The notes beneath the pieces were generated by a model that worked only from the letters and a program-made list of their open reading frames with translations, made no database searches and was not told where the DNA came from. This document shows positions 9,691 to 20,161 of a stretch of DNA of 64,000 nucleotides, piece after piece. Position numbers and translations under genes: made by a program. The stretch is taken from the IMG/VR virus record IMGVR_UViG_3300014204_013127. One strand, written 5' to 3'. Every line of letters begins with the position of its first letter. Within the stretch, counting starts at the first letter, position 1. Source of the DNA: a virus (lineage: Duplodnaviria; Heunggongvirae; Uroviricota; Caudoviricetes).

Positions 9691-10959
9691 ATGTTAGATG
9701 ATTTGTTGACTACAAGACGCATTGATGAAGATTATCAAGATTTTATTGATGTATATTCAGGTAAAATTCGCAAAGAATTGAGCAAATACATCAAAAATAG
9801 AAATGTTTGGCGATTGCGTGGAAAAAATGGTCGTCTTCGCATTACTGTGCCTCGCATTGATATACCACATATTGTTCGTGGTCAAGAAGAGGAAGGCATC
9901 GGCAGAGGTCCAGGTAAAAAGGGTGATGTTATTGGCAAAGACCCAGAGCCAGGGCAAGGCAATGATGCTGGGCAGGAAGAATCAGAAGGCGTCACCGTCG
10001 AGATATCGATGGAAGAAGTTTTGAAGCTTATGAAAGATGAGTTGGCTCTTCCAAATATGAAGCCCAAGCCGCAGGAAATTTATGAAGAAAAGAAAATAAA
10101 ATATAATGACATAGCTCTTCAAGGTCCAGAATCTTTGCGACATAATCGCCGCACTTGGTTACAGGCACTGAAGAGAATGTGTGCTTCTGGAGAGATTTTT
10201 AATCTACACGAAGTGCCGGGTTGTCCTGATCCCATACAACTGATTACGCCCATTAACAGTGATAAGCGATATCGGCAGTACAAGGAATTTAATGTTCCTT
10301 CTTCTAATGCCGTAATCTTTTTTGCCCGTGACGGTTCTGGCAGCATGGATCAATATAAATGTGATATTGTATCCGATATGGCTTGGTGGATTGATGTTTG
10401 GATTCGACATTTCTACAAACGTACTGAGCGTGTTTATATTTGGCATGATACTATTGCTCAAGAAGTAGATGAGCATAAATTTTATCGTTATCGTTATGGT
10501 GGCGGAACAACTTGTTCATCAGCTTTAAAACTAATTTCCAAGCAGTTTGAGGCTCGTTATCCTCCTGAGAAATGGAATATTTATGTGTTTTATTTCACGG
10601 ATGGCGAAAACTGGGGCGAGGATAATCAGGTTTTTTGTGATACTATTAAAAATGAATTTCCAGGGCACATCGTTAATTTAATTGGTATTACTCAAATTTT
10701 GCCTTGGAGTAGTCAAAATAGCCTAAAGGAATATGTTGATACCAATCTTCCTGATTGTCCTAATTTAAAAACTACGGGAATTGGTATGAACGAAGCCTCT
10801 GCCAGAACGAAAATATCTGCTGGTTATTATAGTACGCCTCAATTGACGGAAGAAGAAAGAAATAATCAAATTACCAAAGCTATTTTGGATTTGTTGGGTG
10901 CTGCCAAAACAAAAGATGGCTATCCAGCAGATGATACGATGACAATGCACCAACATTAA
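9691..10959 (+). CDS. yeaH: YeaH/YhbH-family protein (DUF444, vWA-like)
   Basis: Block-by-block match to E. coli YeaH: DGSGSMD (DVSGSMD), HDTIAQEVDEHKF (HHTQAKEVDEHEF), GGGTTCSSALKL (GGTIVSSALKL), WNIYVFYFTDGENW (WNIYAAQASDGDNW). Confidence 0.8.
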   Translation: MLDDLLTTRRIDEDYQDFIDVYSGKIRKELSKYIKNRNVWRLRGKNGRLRITVPRIDIPHIVRGQEEEGIGRGPGKKGDVIGKDPEPGQGNDAGQEESEGVTVEISMEEVLKLMKDELALPNMKPKPQEIYEEKKIKYNDIALQGPESLRHNRRTWLQALKRMCASGEIFNLHEVPGCPDPIQLITPINSDKRYRQYKEFNVPSSNAVIFFARDGSGSMDQYKCDIVSDMAWWIDVWIRHFYKRTERVYIWHDTIAQEVDEHKFYRYRYGGGTTCSSALKLISKQFEARYPPEKWNIYVFYFTDGENWGEDNQVFCDTIKNEFPGHIVNLIGITQILPWSSQNSLKEYVDTNLPDCPNLKTTGIGMNEASARTKISAGYYSTPQLTEEERNNQITKAILDLLGAAKTKDGYPADDTMTMHQH

Positions 10960-10971
10960 AGGAAATAAATA

Positions 10972-12570
10972 GTGGCAAGCAAAATGATGCGTGGTTCTCC
11001 GATCTTGATGGGTGATAGCACAATCCCTGGCGTAGTGTTGCCTAAGGAATTGCAAAATGTCATTCCCAATATTATGAAAGCAGCAACCGACTTTGGATTG
11101 GTGTATTATCCAACAGTCGTGCAGATGCTGACTTATGATGAAATTAGCGAAGTAGCATCCTATGGTGGATTCCCTGTTCGTTATCCGCATTGGCGTTGGG
11201 GAATGGAATACAATGAATTGCAACAAGGTTATGAACATGGGCTGCATCGCATTTACGAAATGGTTGTAAATAGCAATCCTTGTTATATTTACTGTCTCGA
11301 TTCCAATACGTTGGTGGATAATGTTACGGTTGTTGCTCATGCTTTAGGACATAATGACTTTTTCAAAAATAATGTTTACTTTTCGCCAACTAGTCAAAAT
11401 ATGATGAATGAATTGGCGAATCATGGTACTCGAATTCGCAAATACATGCAACGATGGGGCAAAGAAAAAGTCACAGAATTTTTAGATCATGTGCTAAGAA
11501 TTACCACGTTGGTCGATCCAGCTAGTGCTTGGGAGCAGAGAAAATTTAAAGACCCGATCAAACAGGACGTGAGGCATTATCATCATCCAAAACATTTGCC
11601 GGTTCAAGAGGGGCATGATTATATGGAACCTTGGCTCAATCCAGAAGAATGGATGAAGGAGCAAAGGAAGAGGTTGGAAAAAAGGGAGGTGGCCGAAGAA
11701 TTAAACATTTTCAAAGAGCCAACAAAAGACATTTTGCGGTACATTCGAGATTATGCACCTTTGCAGCCTTGGCAGTCTGATATTGTTGCTATGATTTATG
11801 AGGAAGAAATATATTTCAGTCCTCAACGACCGACCAAAATGCTCAACGAAGGCTGGGCTAGTTTTGTTGATTTTAACTTAATGGCAGTACAGGGTTTCGT
11901 TAGTCTGGGCCAGTCAGAACACGATAATGGCATTGTTGAGTATGCTATTCACAAAATGGGGGTATTGGGCGGCAAGTATTCGATGAATCCCTATAAATTA
12001 GGATTCTGTATTTTTCAAGATATTGAAGAACGTTGGAATAAGGGCCAGTTTGGACCCCTGTATGATGAGTGCCGAGATATCAAGCAGCGGGAAGATTGGG
12101 ATGAAAAATTGGGCTTGGGGCACGATAAAGTATTAGAGGTTAGAAAATTCTATAATGATTTCACCGCTATTTCAGAATTCTTCACAGAAGATTTTTGCAA
12201 TAAATATGAATTCTTTGAGTGGGAACATCGACCTAATGGAGAGTATGTAATCAAGAGTCGTGACTATAAGAAAATTAAAAAGAAATTAATTGGCGATTAT
12301 TTGAACGGCGGATTGCCAGATGTTCGGCTGGCTGATCCCAACCATTTAAATAGAGGGCACATGTTGTTACAGCATCAGTGGGATGGATATCCGCTATATC
12401 CTTCCTATGCAAAGGATACCATCCTTTCTCTGCGAAGATTGTGGGGGTTGAACAGAGAAGTCATATTGGCTACCAGGGACAAAGATGGCGAGGAATTGAT
12501 CTATGTCACCAGATCACCAGATACTGTTGTTGCGGTCAACAGACAGGAATATGACAAAATCATTGGATAA
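10972..12570 (+). CDS. spoVR: SpoVR/YcgB-family protein
   Basis: YPHWRWGMEY, EMVVNSNPCYIYCL and AHALGHNDFFKNN match the conserved YcgB/SpoVR core. 532 aa. An in-frame ATG at 10981 is an alternative start. Confidence 0.8.
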   Translation: MASKMMRGSPILMGDSTIPGVVLPKELQNVIPNIMKAATDFGLVYYPTVVQMLTYDEISEVASYGGFPVRYPHWRWGMEYNELQQGYEHGLHRIYEMVVNSNPCYIYCLDSNTLVDNVTVVAHALGHNDFFKNNVYFSPTSQNMMNELANHGTRIRKYMQRWGKEKVTEFLDHVLRITTLVDPASAWEQRKFKDPIKQDVRHYHHPKHLPVQEGHDYMEPWLNPEEWMKEQRKRLEKREVAEELNIFKEPTKDILRYIRDYAPLQPWQSDIVAMIYEEEIYFSPQRPTKMLNEGWASFVDFNLMAVQGFVSLGQSEHDNGIVEYAIHKMGVLGGKYSMNPYKLGFCIFQDIEERWNKGQFGPLYDECRDIKQREDWDEKLGLGHDKVLEVRKFYNDFTAISEFFTEDFCNKYEFFEWEHRPNGEYVIKSRDYKKIKKKLIGDYLNGGLPDVRLADPNHLNRGHMLLQHQWDGYPLYPSYAKDTILSLRRLWGLNREVILATRDKDGEELIYVTRSPDTVVAVNRQEYDKIIG

Positions 12571-12582
12571 AGGAATCTGCTA

Positions 12583-13005
12583 ATGAAAACTTCAGACTTG
12601 TATTACATGTTGGGCGACCATGACGAAGAGGGTGGGATTTGGCTGGTGGAAAAGGATTTTTGGAAAAAAAATCTACACATTAATGATGTGAGCTTTGGCA
12701 AGGAAATTTGGAAAATCTTGCCAGAATGGGACGGTGAAAACGATGGGTTTTCACAGGATATGGAATCTCATTTTGAATATCGTGAGGGCAAAAGACAAAA
12801 AACCCGTAAGGGGATAGAATTTTTGCAATCCCTTGGTATTCAACAAGTTGTATGGGGGCAAAAGCAGCCATTGGAAGCCCCCGAAGCGTTACGGGACACT
12901 GCCGAAGAATTGTTGGGCGAATGTTTGGAGTCACTTTATAGTGGGATGCCCAATCAGCCTTTGATAGACAGAATTGAAAAATATTTAGAAGAAAATTGTT
13001 TATGA
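12583..13005 (+). CDS. hypothetical protein
   Basis: 140-aa ORF with no recognisable motif. Confidence 0.35.
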   Translation: MKTSDLYYMLGDHDEEGGIWLVEKDFWKKNLHINDVSFGKEIWKILPEWDGENDGFSQDMESHFEYREGKRQKTRKGIEFLQSLGIQQVVWGQKQPLEAPEALRDTAEELLGECLESLYSGMPNQPLIDRIEKYLEENCL

Positions 13006-13758
13006 AAGCTTGGGTTAAAAATAGTTATTTAGATGGCGGAACCGTGTTGGTTTTAGCAGAGAATAACGAAGTGTATTATATTGACCATCGCATTGGTTCA
13101 ACCACGGATGGATTGGTTTTCGACCACTATCCTGACGATGGCGTTGAGCCACTTGATATAACACTGGAAGTTGTTGGAAAGTGGGAAATGGACTACCCTG
13201 TGCGGGTTACATAGAAAGGTTAAAAAAAATGGAAAATGTAGAATTATTATTGAGTGATGAATTTGTGAAGTTTTCTGCAAAAATTGCAGAACTACATGCA
13301 GAAAAAAAGGAAAAGACAGCATCGTTCAAATCTGTTCATGAAGCGTGGAAGAACGAAATGGCTGAGTTGGACAAAGAAGCCAAGGAAGCTCAAGATGAAT
13401 GGGAAGAATGGAAACAATCCCACGGAGCAAAGAAATAATGGAGCCTTACTGGCCTAAAATAAATGAGCTAAGGGAAAAGATAGCAAGAAATATTAGGCAT
13501 GTAAGAAATGAAGAGTTGTCACCAAGGGCCGCCATAGAGCACATTCTTGAAGCAATAGAGCTTGTGCAGGAAGAAATAGGCATGTTGGAAAGCGAATGGC
13601 CAAGTGAACATGAATTTAATTATGATGATGGATAGGAACGATTATGCTTAAATGTCAAGATTGCGACTTACGGTATGAAGTGATTTGGGACAATGATGGA
13701 CAAGAGTCGCCCTGTGAATATTGCCCTCGTTGTGGATCACAAGAATTAATAGCAGAGG

Positions 13759-13944
13759 ATGAAGATGGGCTATGTCAATAAACGAACATGTTGGTGTGAT
13801 AAGTGCCAACTGCCCACACTGCATAAGCAATCAGAAGGATTAGACGATGGGGAGTTGTATGCAATACTCCACTGCTCTAAATGCAACAATCGTAAAATGA
13901 ATGCATTAGAGCACGAAGATGATGATGGAGGTGAATATGAATAG
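13759..13944 (+). CDS. small zinc-ribbon protein (CxxC...CxxC)
   Basis: CWCDKC...CSKC pairs. It is one of a run of small overlapping ORFs (12996-14119) typical of a phage early region. Confidence 0.3.
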   Translation: MKMGYVNKRTCWCDKCQLPTLHKQSEGLDDGELYAILHCSKCNNRKMNALEHEDDDGGEYE

Positions 13945-14115
13945 ACGTGATTTAATTTTGGTAAATGTTAGTGACTTAATTGCCAATTTCCTGTATTATG
14001 ACAGGAAGGGTGATGAAGAGTTGGTTTTGGGCGATATTGAGAAAGCCATAGAAGCTGGCGAGGTTTCTGTTGATGAAATCATTGCTCGTTTTACTGAAGA
14101 GTTGAAAAAACACAT

Positions 14116-15453
14116 ATGAATGACATAGTTGGTTTCGAGCATTTGCATCGCCATTCTCATTATTCTTTGTTGGATGGATACGGCACAGTTGAAGAGTATG
14201 CGATTTATTCCAAAGAAATAAATCAACAATATCTTTGCATTACCGATCACGGCATGATGAGTGCTGTTCCTAACCAAATCGCTTGCTGCGATAAACACGG
14301 TTTGCAGCCAATTTTTGGCGTAGAAATCTATTATCAACCAAAACAGCCCTGTGTGCAAAAGGGCGAGACTATGCAGCAGTATCTTAAAGAGATGCCACCA
14401 GAAGCCCGCAAGGCGATGCAGAAGTCATATCACATGACCTTGTGGGCCAAAAACGAGACAGGATATAAAAATCTTGTTCGTTTAACTTCTTTTGGATGGC
14501 TACACGGCTTCTACTATAAGCCTCGCATTAATTGGGATCAATTAGTGCAGCATAAAGAGGGGTTGATGGTTGGCAGCGGTTGTTTTAATAGTCCAGTGGG
14601 ACAAGCATTTAAAAACTTCGGTCCCGAAATGGCTATAGAGACCATCAAGAAATATCACAACTTGTTTGGTGAAAATTATTATTTGGAAATCATGTTGTTG
14701 GATTTTGTTAAACAAAAGCCCTACAACCAATTCATTGTTCAAGCACATGCAAAATTAGGCATTCCGTTAGTGCTCACACAAGACTGTCATTATTGCAAAA
14801 AAGAAGACAGCAAAATGCAACGGTTAATGCTTATGACTGGCTCTAAGAGAACGGTAGCCGATATGGAGCAAGCCGTTGCCGAAGGTAAAGCTGAAGAATA
14901 TTTTGAGTTGCAAGACACTAATCTCTGGATGAAATCCGAAGAGGAGATCAATGAGAAATGGGCATCTGACCCTTATCTCGATAAGGATTTGTTTAATGCT
15001 GCCAAGGCAAATACTGTGCGTATATGCGAACAATGCAAGGGAGTGCAACTGGATCGCTCGGTAAAATTGCCAAAAATTCCCAATGATGATGAAGTGTTGA
15101 AAAAACTTATCCAAGAGGGTGCGACTAAAAGAGGCATACCAAAGACTAGAGAATACTTGTCCAGAATGCAGGAAGAATACACCTTGGTGAAAGAGAAGGA
15201 GTTTTCTTCGTATTTTATTATTCAAAAAATGATGGTTGACGCTGCCCGTCAGAAATGCATCGAGTTATACGGCGGCACGGGAAGCACGGCAAGAGGGCCG
15301 GGCAGAGGCTCTGGTGCCGGGTTTATGATAAATTATCTTTTGGGAATAACTGATGTTGACCCGGTGAAGTATGATCTGTTATCATCAAGGTTCCTGAGCC
15401 CTGCTCGTGGTGGCAAGCAAATGAAAATCAGGTTTGATGACAAGCCATTATGA
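14116..15453 (+). CDS. dnaE: DNA polymerase III alpha subunit, N-terminal fragment (PHP domain to the thumb/palm boundary)
   Basis: The PHP motif [15 protein letters not shown] is present. The fragment ends ...[40 protein letters not shown], which parallels E. coli DnaE ~340-400 ([38 protein letters not shown]), followed by a stop codon. Confidence 0.8.
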   Translation: [445 protein letters not shown]

Positions 15454-15469
15454 TAAAGAGCGTGTTTGA

Positions 15470-15805
15470 GTGAAAAAAAAGCAACCTAAACCACCTGCCG
15501 AACCTTTTAAGTATAGCCCTAAGGTCACGCTACATCCAGGGGATGTATTTCGTTGCTCTGGTGGTCCATATTATGTTACTCAAACTGGGGAAAAGCTGGC
15601 GATGGGGCAGCGGGGCTTGTTTTCTTATGTCAATATAGCACAAGATGGTATCTTGGCTGTGCCATATAAGCCAAGACCATCAGCGGTGCTAACAGGATCA
15701 GCCATAGTTTTTATTTATATGGGGGAAGAAAAAGTATCGGAAACAACGGGTACTAATTTTTGTCCGCATAAGATTAGGAAAGTTCGCAAAAAGGCATCAA
15801 AATGA
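15470..15805 (+). CDS. hypothetical protein (GTG start)
   Basis: 111-aa ORF. It begins a run of nine small + strand ORFs (15470-18478) with overlapping stop/start codons. Confidence 0.3.
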   Translation: MKKKQPKPPAEPFKYSPKVTLHPGDVFRCSGGPYYVTQTGEKLAMGQRGLFSYVNIAQDGILAVPYKPRPSAVLTGSAIVFIYMGEEKVSETTGTNFCPHKIRKVRKKASK

Positions 15806-16689
15806 ACGAAGAAAAGCCAGCCAAAGGTGTGCGTGGATTTTTGTTGTATAGCCCTTTTGTGAAGAAATATTTTTTTAGGATTTATAACGAAGATAAAACA
15901 TTCGAAGATTACGACTTATGTGCAGCAGACATAGAAGTTGAAATTATTGATAATTCAATTGCTTTGTATTCTGGAAGTCGTAATAAAGTCGATTATACTA
16001 GTAAAGTTTTAGGCATAAAGGATAAAAATGACAAGCAGATATGAGTACGAGACTTCTCTTCCAAATTATGAACATCCAGTAGAGGAGAGAATAATGAATG
16101 TGTATGAAATTGACGATGGAGAACAATGGTGGTTCGCTGCCGAATCTAAAGATGAGGCTTTGCGATTATATTTAGAACCATTGGTTCCAGAAGGCACTGA
16201 CTTAAGTGATTTATCTAAAGTGTTGGTAGATCATTTACTTGATTGTCCTGTGGACGAAATAGAAGTCAACGAAGTTCCTCTTGAAACAGAATTGTCTGTG
16301 ACACAAGATGATGGGGTTACAGTAATTAAAAAGACTGCCTTTGAGTGGGCGGCAGACGGTGCAGGTCTAATAGCAGCAACAGTTTGGTGATTTATGAAGT
16401 TTCCAAAAAGAATCTCTTACACAACTGTCCCAGAGACAAAAAGCAACACTCCGATAGAAATATTGGATGAATATCTCCATAAAATCCTATTGTTAAATGT
16501 GTCACAAAAAAGTAAAATAGTGGCAAGTAGAGCTATACATGAACTGGGCGGATATAAACCATCCAAACAATTGTTTAGTAATGCCAGTAAAATAATTTGG
16601 GATTATGAAAATTCTGGTGAAATAGCTGATAATGTTCCATGCGAGTTATGGGACTTAATTTACAACATAATGAACGAAAGGAATAAAAA

Positions 16690-17193
16690 ATGACAACAAC
16701 TTACAAAGACGCTCCAGAAGTTAAAAAAATTGCTGATGAGTTGATTCCCAAATATCATCAACACATTGTGGATTTCAATGTGCGGGTGGATTATTTATTC
16801 ATAGATAAGGTTCCTATGAAGGGCGATTCGGAAGTTTGGGGCACATGTCGAAAAATAACCAATCTCAATGCCTACTTGGCTGCTGACAAACAAAGTGGTG
16901 GTGATCCATTCTTTGTTATTACAATTTCTGAGCCAATTTGGGATGTTCTTCCAGAAGATAAGCGTATTGCTTTGGTTGACCACGAATTGTGTCATACGGC
17001 GGCAGAATATCAAGAAAAGGATGATGAAGAGCCGGTGCTCAAATTATCTTGTAAGCCGCACGATATGGAAGAGTTTGCTTGTATCGTCAAACGACATGGC
17101 ATGTGGAGAGACAGCATTCAAGATTTTGTAGACAATGCAAGGAAAGACAAAGAAGATACCACCGAGGAAATTGAAGAAGAAGATTTAGAATGA
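16690..17193 (+). CDS. hypothetical HExxH-motif protein with acidic tail
   Basis: A VDHELCHTAAE zinc-metallopeptidase-like motif in a 167-aa protein. Confidence 0.3.
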   Translation: MTTTYKDAPEVKKIADELIPKYHQHIVDFNVRVDYLFIDKVPMKGDSEVWGTCRKITNLNAYLAADKQSGGDPFFVITISEPIWDVLPEDKRIALVDHELCHTAAEYQEKDDEEPVLKLSCKPHDMEEFACIVKRHGMWRDSIQDFVDNARKDKEDTTEEIEEEDLE

Positions 17194-17729
17194 TAGTTTA
17201 TGAGCATAGAGAATGGTTAATACAGGTGCCCGATGGATTGCAGGAATTAGATGTTGTTGGTAAGTTAAAACAACTCGGCTGGGAATGGTGTGATGCCTAC
17301 GATAGCGATAATCATCATCCATTTCGATATGGTCATTATCATACGTTCGACCATAGTGTAGTCGAAGCTACCGAGAAAGAATTTGGCAATAAAACAACCA
17401 CAGATATAGTAGGGTGGATAAGAGATGAAGTGTTCGATTGAATTAGAGCCTGATGATATTGTTGATATCCATGACATGATTGCGGATTGTTTGAGCATTG
17501 ATCTTACAGAGAGTGAAATCCGTGGTTTGATGGATGGTGAGTGGGATATATTGATGGATATGGCAAAATATGGTGCAGACGATACTCCTACCAGAGAGAA
17601 ATTGATGGCAGATATAGGACGGCGATTGACTTGTAAGCCATATCCATCGCATTGTTCGCAAGAAATTAAAGACGCTTACCATAAAGAAGTATTGGTAAAA
17701 GCCAAAGAATGGGGCTATAAGGTAATTGA

Positions 17730-18314
17730 ATGAGATACAGAATAGAAAGCCGACTACAGGATGAAGGATGGAAATACGATGGACAGGAATTTGATTATTT
17801 AAATCAAGCTGTCCAGTTTTGCAAAAATGAGGATGGCTTCTTTTGGGGTATGATGCGGGTTATTGATATGGTAGAAAAGACAGTTGTGGTGGAGTTTCCC
17901 GCTGTTAGTGCCAAAGAGAAGCAGGCAATGCAAATTACTACTAACATGCCAAAAAATGAACAGAAGTTAGATTACACCAAGAAAGGTGACAGCATGGTGC
18001 GAAAAGAATTTGTTTTTGCAATGCTCGGTGCTCCAATTGTTTCATTGGAAATTACAGACGAGCAATACACAGAGATTGCCAATAGAATTAAAAGGGTGAT
18101 GGATGTGTATAAATCGAAAATGCCAGAGGAGATGTTATCAATTCTGGAAGAGGAAGGCGTATTAGCACACGTCAAGTATGCCATTGGTAGAATCAGGGCA
18201 AAATATACTGTTATGCCCGGCCAAGATAACCATTTAGCTCTGGACGGCAGAGATTTAGCTGCCGAGGGACTTGAAAGCATCAGATGGTGGTACGAAATGT
18301 TGGAGAGCTACTAA
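17730..18314 (+). CDS. hypothetical protein
   Basis: 194-aa ORF with no recognisable motif. Confidence 0.35.
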   Translation: MRYRIESRLQDEGWKYDGQEFDYLNQAVQFCKNEDGFFWGMMRVIDMVEKTVVVEFPAVSAKEKQAMQITTNMPKNEQKLDYTKKGDSMVRKEFVFAMLGAPIVSLEITDEQYTEIANRIKRVMDVYKSKMPEEMLSILEEEGVLAHVKYAIGRIRAKYTVMPGQDNHLALDGRDLAAEGLESIRWWYEMLESY

Positions 18315-18474
18315 TGGACAAGGCGATGGATGAGGCATTCTTCAAAAAGCTCAAAGAGACAGTGTTTACATGCGAGCCCACAAGGGATTTTCCAGGGGAT
18401 TACGCAAGTTTCAGAAATTTGGGCTATGATGATGATACAATCGAATGGTTGTATCATCATCTAGATAAGGATGA

Positions 18475-18933
18475 TTAGAAGGATGTGAATTTACGCACAG
18501 TAGCAGGTTTTTTACGGTGGTAGATTCCTTCTATGTGTTTTCTGGCTAATGTCCTCAGTAGATGTTTTTCTTCTGGGGTGGCGACACCTTTTTCTAATTT
18601 GTTTCTTAGCCTGTAATATTCTGCCCCAAGGTATTGTTTAGCATTTTGTAGCTCTTCTTTATCAGGGTCTACTATGTGCATTCCACGGGGAAGTCGAGAA
18701 TCTTTTCCCAAGGCTCTTCCTTGAGTGGTTCCCAAATCACTTACTGGTGTTCGAACTCCAGTTAATGCGTGCCCTCTTCGCATTCGTCGCTCTTCATCCT
18801 CCCAGTCCTCATCGTCGCCCCAATCTTCCCAGGGATCGTCGTCTTCATCTGTGTCTTTAGGAACGGGAGTGTTTGGGCCTATGATATCCCACTTTTCATG
18901 AAGTTTCAGCCATTCATTGAATGATGTGTTCAT
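18475..18933 (-). CDS. hypothetical protein with acidic DDEDDDPWEDWGDDEDWEDEE stretch
   Basis: 152-aa minus-strand ORF, co-oriented with the next gene. Confidence 0.4.
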   Translation of the reverse strand: MNTSFNEWLKLHEKWDIIGPNTPVPKDTDEDDDPWEDWGDDEDWEDEERRMRRGHALTGVRTPVSDLGTTQGRALGKDSRLPRGMHIVDPDKEELQNAKQYLGAEYYRLRNKLEKGVATPEEKHLLRTLARKHIEGIYHRKKPATVRKFTSF

Positions 18934-20160
18934 TTAATCTCTTTTCATATATTGATTTAATGCATGAATAAGATGGTCCATTGCAAACTTTCCTCGATGC
19001 ATTCCCATATGTTTGCCCATCATGCCCATTATGTGTTTCCCCATTCCAGGCATTTCGCCGCCTAATTCATCTTCACCACCTAGTTCATCGCCTAACTCAT
19101 CTTCGTCACCTAGCTCATCCTCATCGCCTAATTCATCTTCGTCACCTAGTTCATCCTCATCGCCTAATTCATCTTCGTCACCTAGTTCATCCTCATCTTC
19201 AAAATCATCATCATCCTCTGGATAATCTTCGTCATCGTCTTCAAAATCTTCTGGTTCGCCATCATCACCAATGCGACGGGTGACTTCTTCATCGTCTCCT
19301 ATATTGTCTATTCCAATAGGAGGACCAACGATTTCATTCATGGCTCGTACTAATGCATTGCAACGCATAGAGCCTTTTTGTTCTTCTCCCAAAAGATTAG
19401 TAAGGGATCGATAAGACTCAGGATATTCCATCAACATTTCCATCAGGCTGCCGATTAATTTTTTTTGTCTCAACGCCACAACCAAATCTCGCAAAATGTT
19501 TTCATTGTTGGCTACTGAAGCAATGTATTTAATAGCTTGTGGCACTTCTGCTTGATGAACGCCCTCAACAGATCGCTCTTCTTTAATCATGTATTGGGTG
19601 AATTCGCTCAGGGGCATGCCTTTTGTTTTCTTTAAGAAGGTCTCTGTTTTTGTAGTGTAATCCCCAACACTTTTTCCGCCCGGTATATGTGGTGAATCGC
19701 CTGCCTTGAGTTTAATTTCTTCTCGGGGAATACTCCCTAAGTTACCCAGTCCTTCATCACTATTTTTGGGCTTAGCATCTGTGCCTTGCTTATAGGCAGC
19801 GGGTTTGCTGGCTTTGGGAGCCTTAGTATCCCAATTTTTTCCCTTGGTCTTGGCTTCGGGAGGAGCAACGGGTGGCTTGAAGGGATAGTCAGCAATAATT
19901 TCCGTGGCTGGTTTTTCTACCACAGAGCTTGCCTGCTTTTTTTCCAAAAACTTAGCCCATAATCCTTCTTTGACCTGAGGTTGCTCATCGGCTACTTTTT
20001 TTATATTTTTGTGTGTCTTGGCTTCTTTGGGTGGCTTATTGGGTTCGCCGCAAAGATCATCGGCTCCAGTTAGCTTGTCGCCTGTTTTGATAATTTTGGG
20101 TTTGCGAACCAACTCTGGGTCTTTTCTTTCGAGAAACTTGTTGAATTTGGGATATTTCAT
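18934..20160 (-). CDS. hypothetical protein with C-terminal (DEDELG)n acidic tandem repeat and His/Met/Gly-rich tail
   Basis: 408 aa. The basic Lys/Pro-rich N-terminal half and the strongly acidic repeat are encoded by an 18/36-bp tandem DNA repeat. Confidence 0.5.
   Translation of the reverse strand: MKYPKFNKFLERKDPELVRKPKIIKTGDKLTGADDLCGEPNKPPKEAKTHKNIKKVADEQPQVKEGLWAKFLEKKQASSVVEKPATEIIADYPFKPPVAPPEAKTKGKNWDTKAPKASKPAAYKQGTDAKPKNSDEGLGNLGSIPREEIKLKAGDSPHIPGGKSVGDYTTKTETFLKKTKGMPLSEFTQYMIKEERSVEGVHQAEVPQAIKYIASVANNENILRDLVVALRQKKLIGSLMEMLMEYPESYRSLTNLLGEEQKGSMRCNALVRAMNEIVGPPIGIDNIGDDEEVTRRIGDDGEPEDFEDDDEDYPEDDDDFEDEDELGDEDELGDEDELGDEDELGDEDELGDEDELGDELGGEDELGGEMPGMGKHIMGMMGKHMGMHRGKFAMDHLIHALNQYMKRD
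19055..19200 (-). repeat. coding tandem repeat (18-bp units alternating in a 36-bp period, about 6-8 copies) encoding DEDELG
   Basis: Direct reading of ...cacctagttcatcctcatcgcctaattcatcttcgt... repeated. The + strand Ser-rich ORF 19013-19225 is an artefact of this repeat. Confidence 0.6.
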
Positions 20161-20161
20161 A

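Noticed and set aside
19013-19283. Plus-strand ORFs (Ser/Pro/Asn-rich and His/Leu/Arg-rich) listed opposite the acidic-repeat gene
   Set aside because: These are reading-frame artefacts of the tandem repeat on the antisense strand. The minus-strand gene has coherent N- and C-terminal context and co-oriented neighbours.
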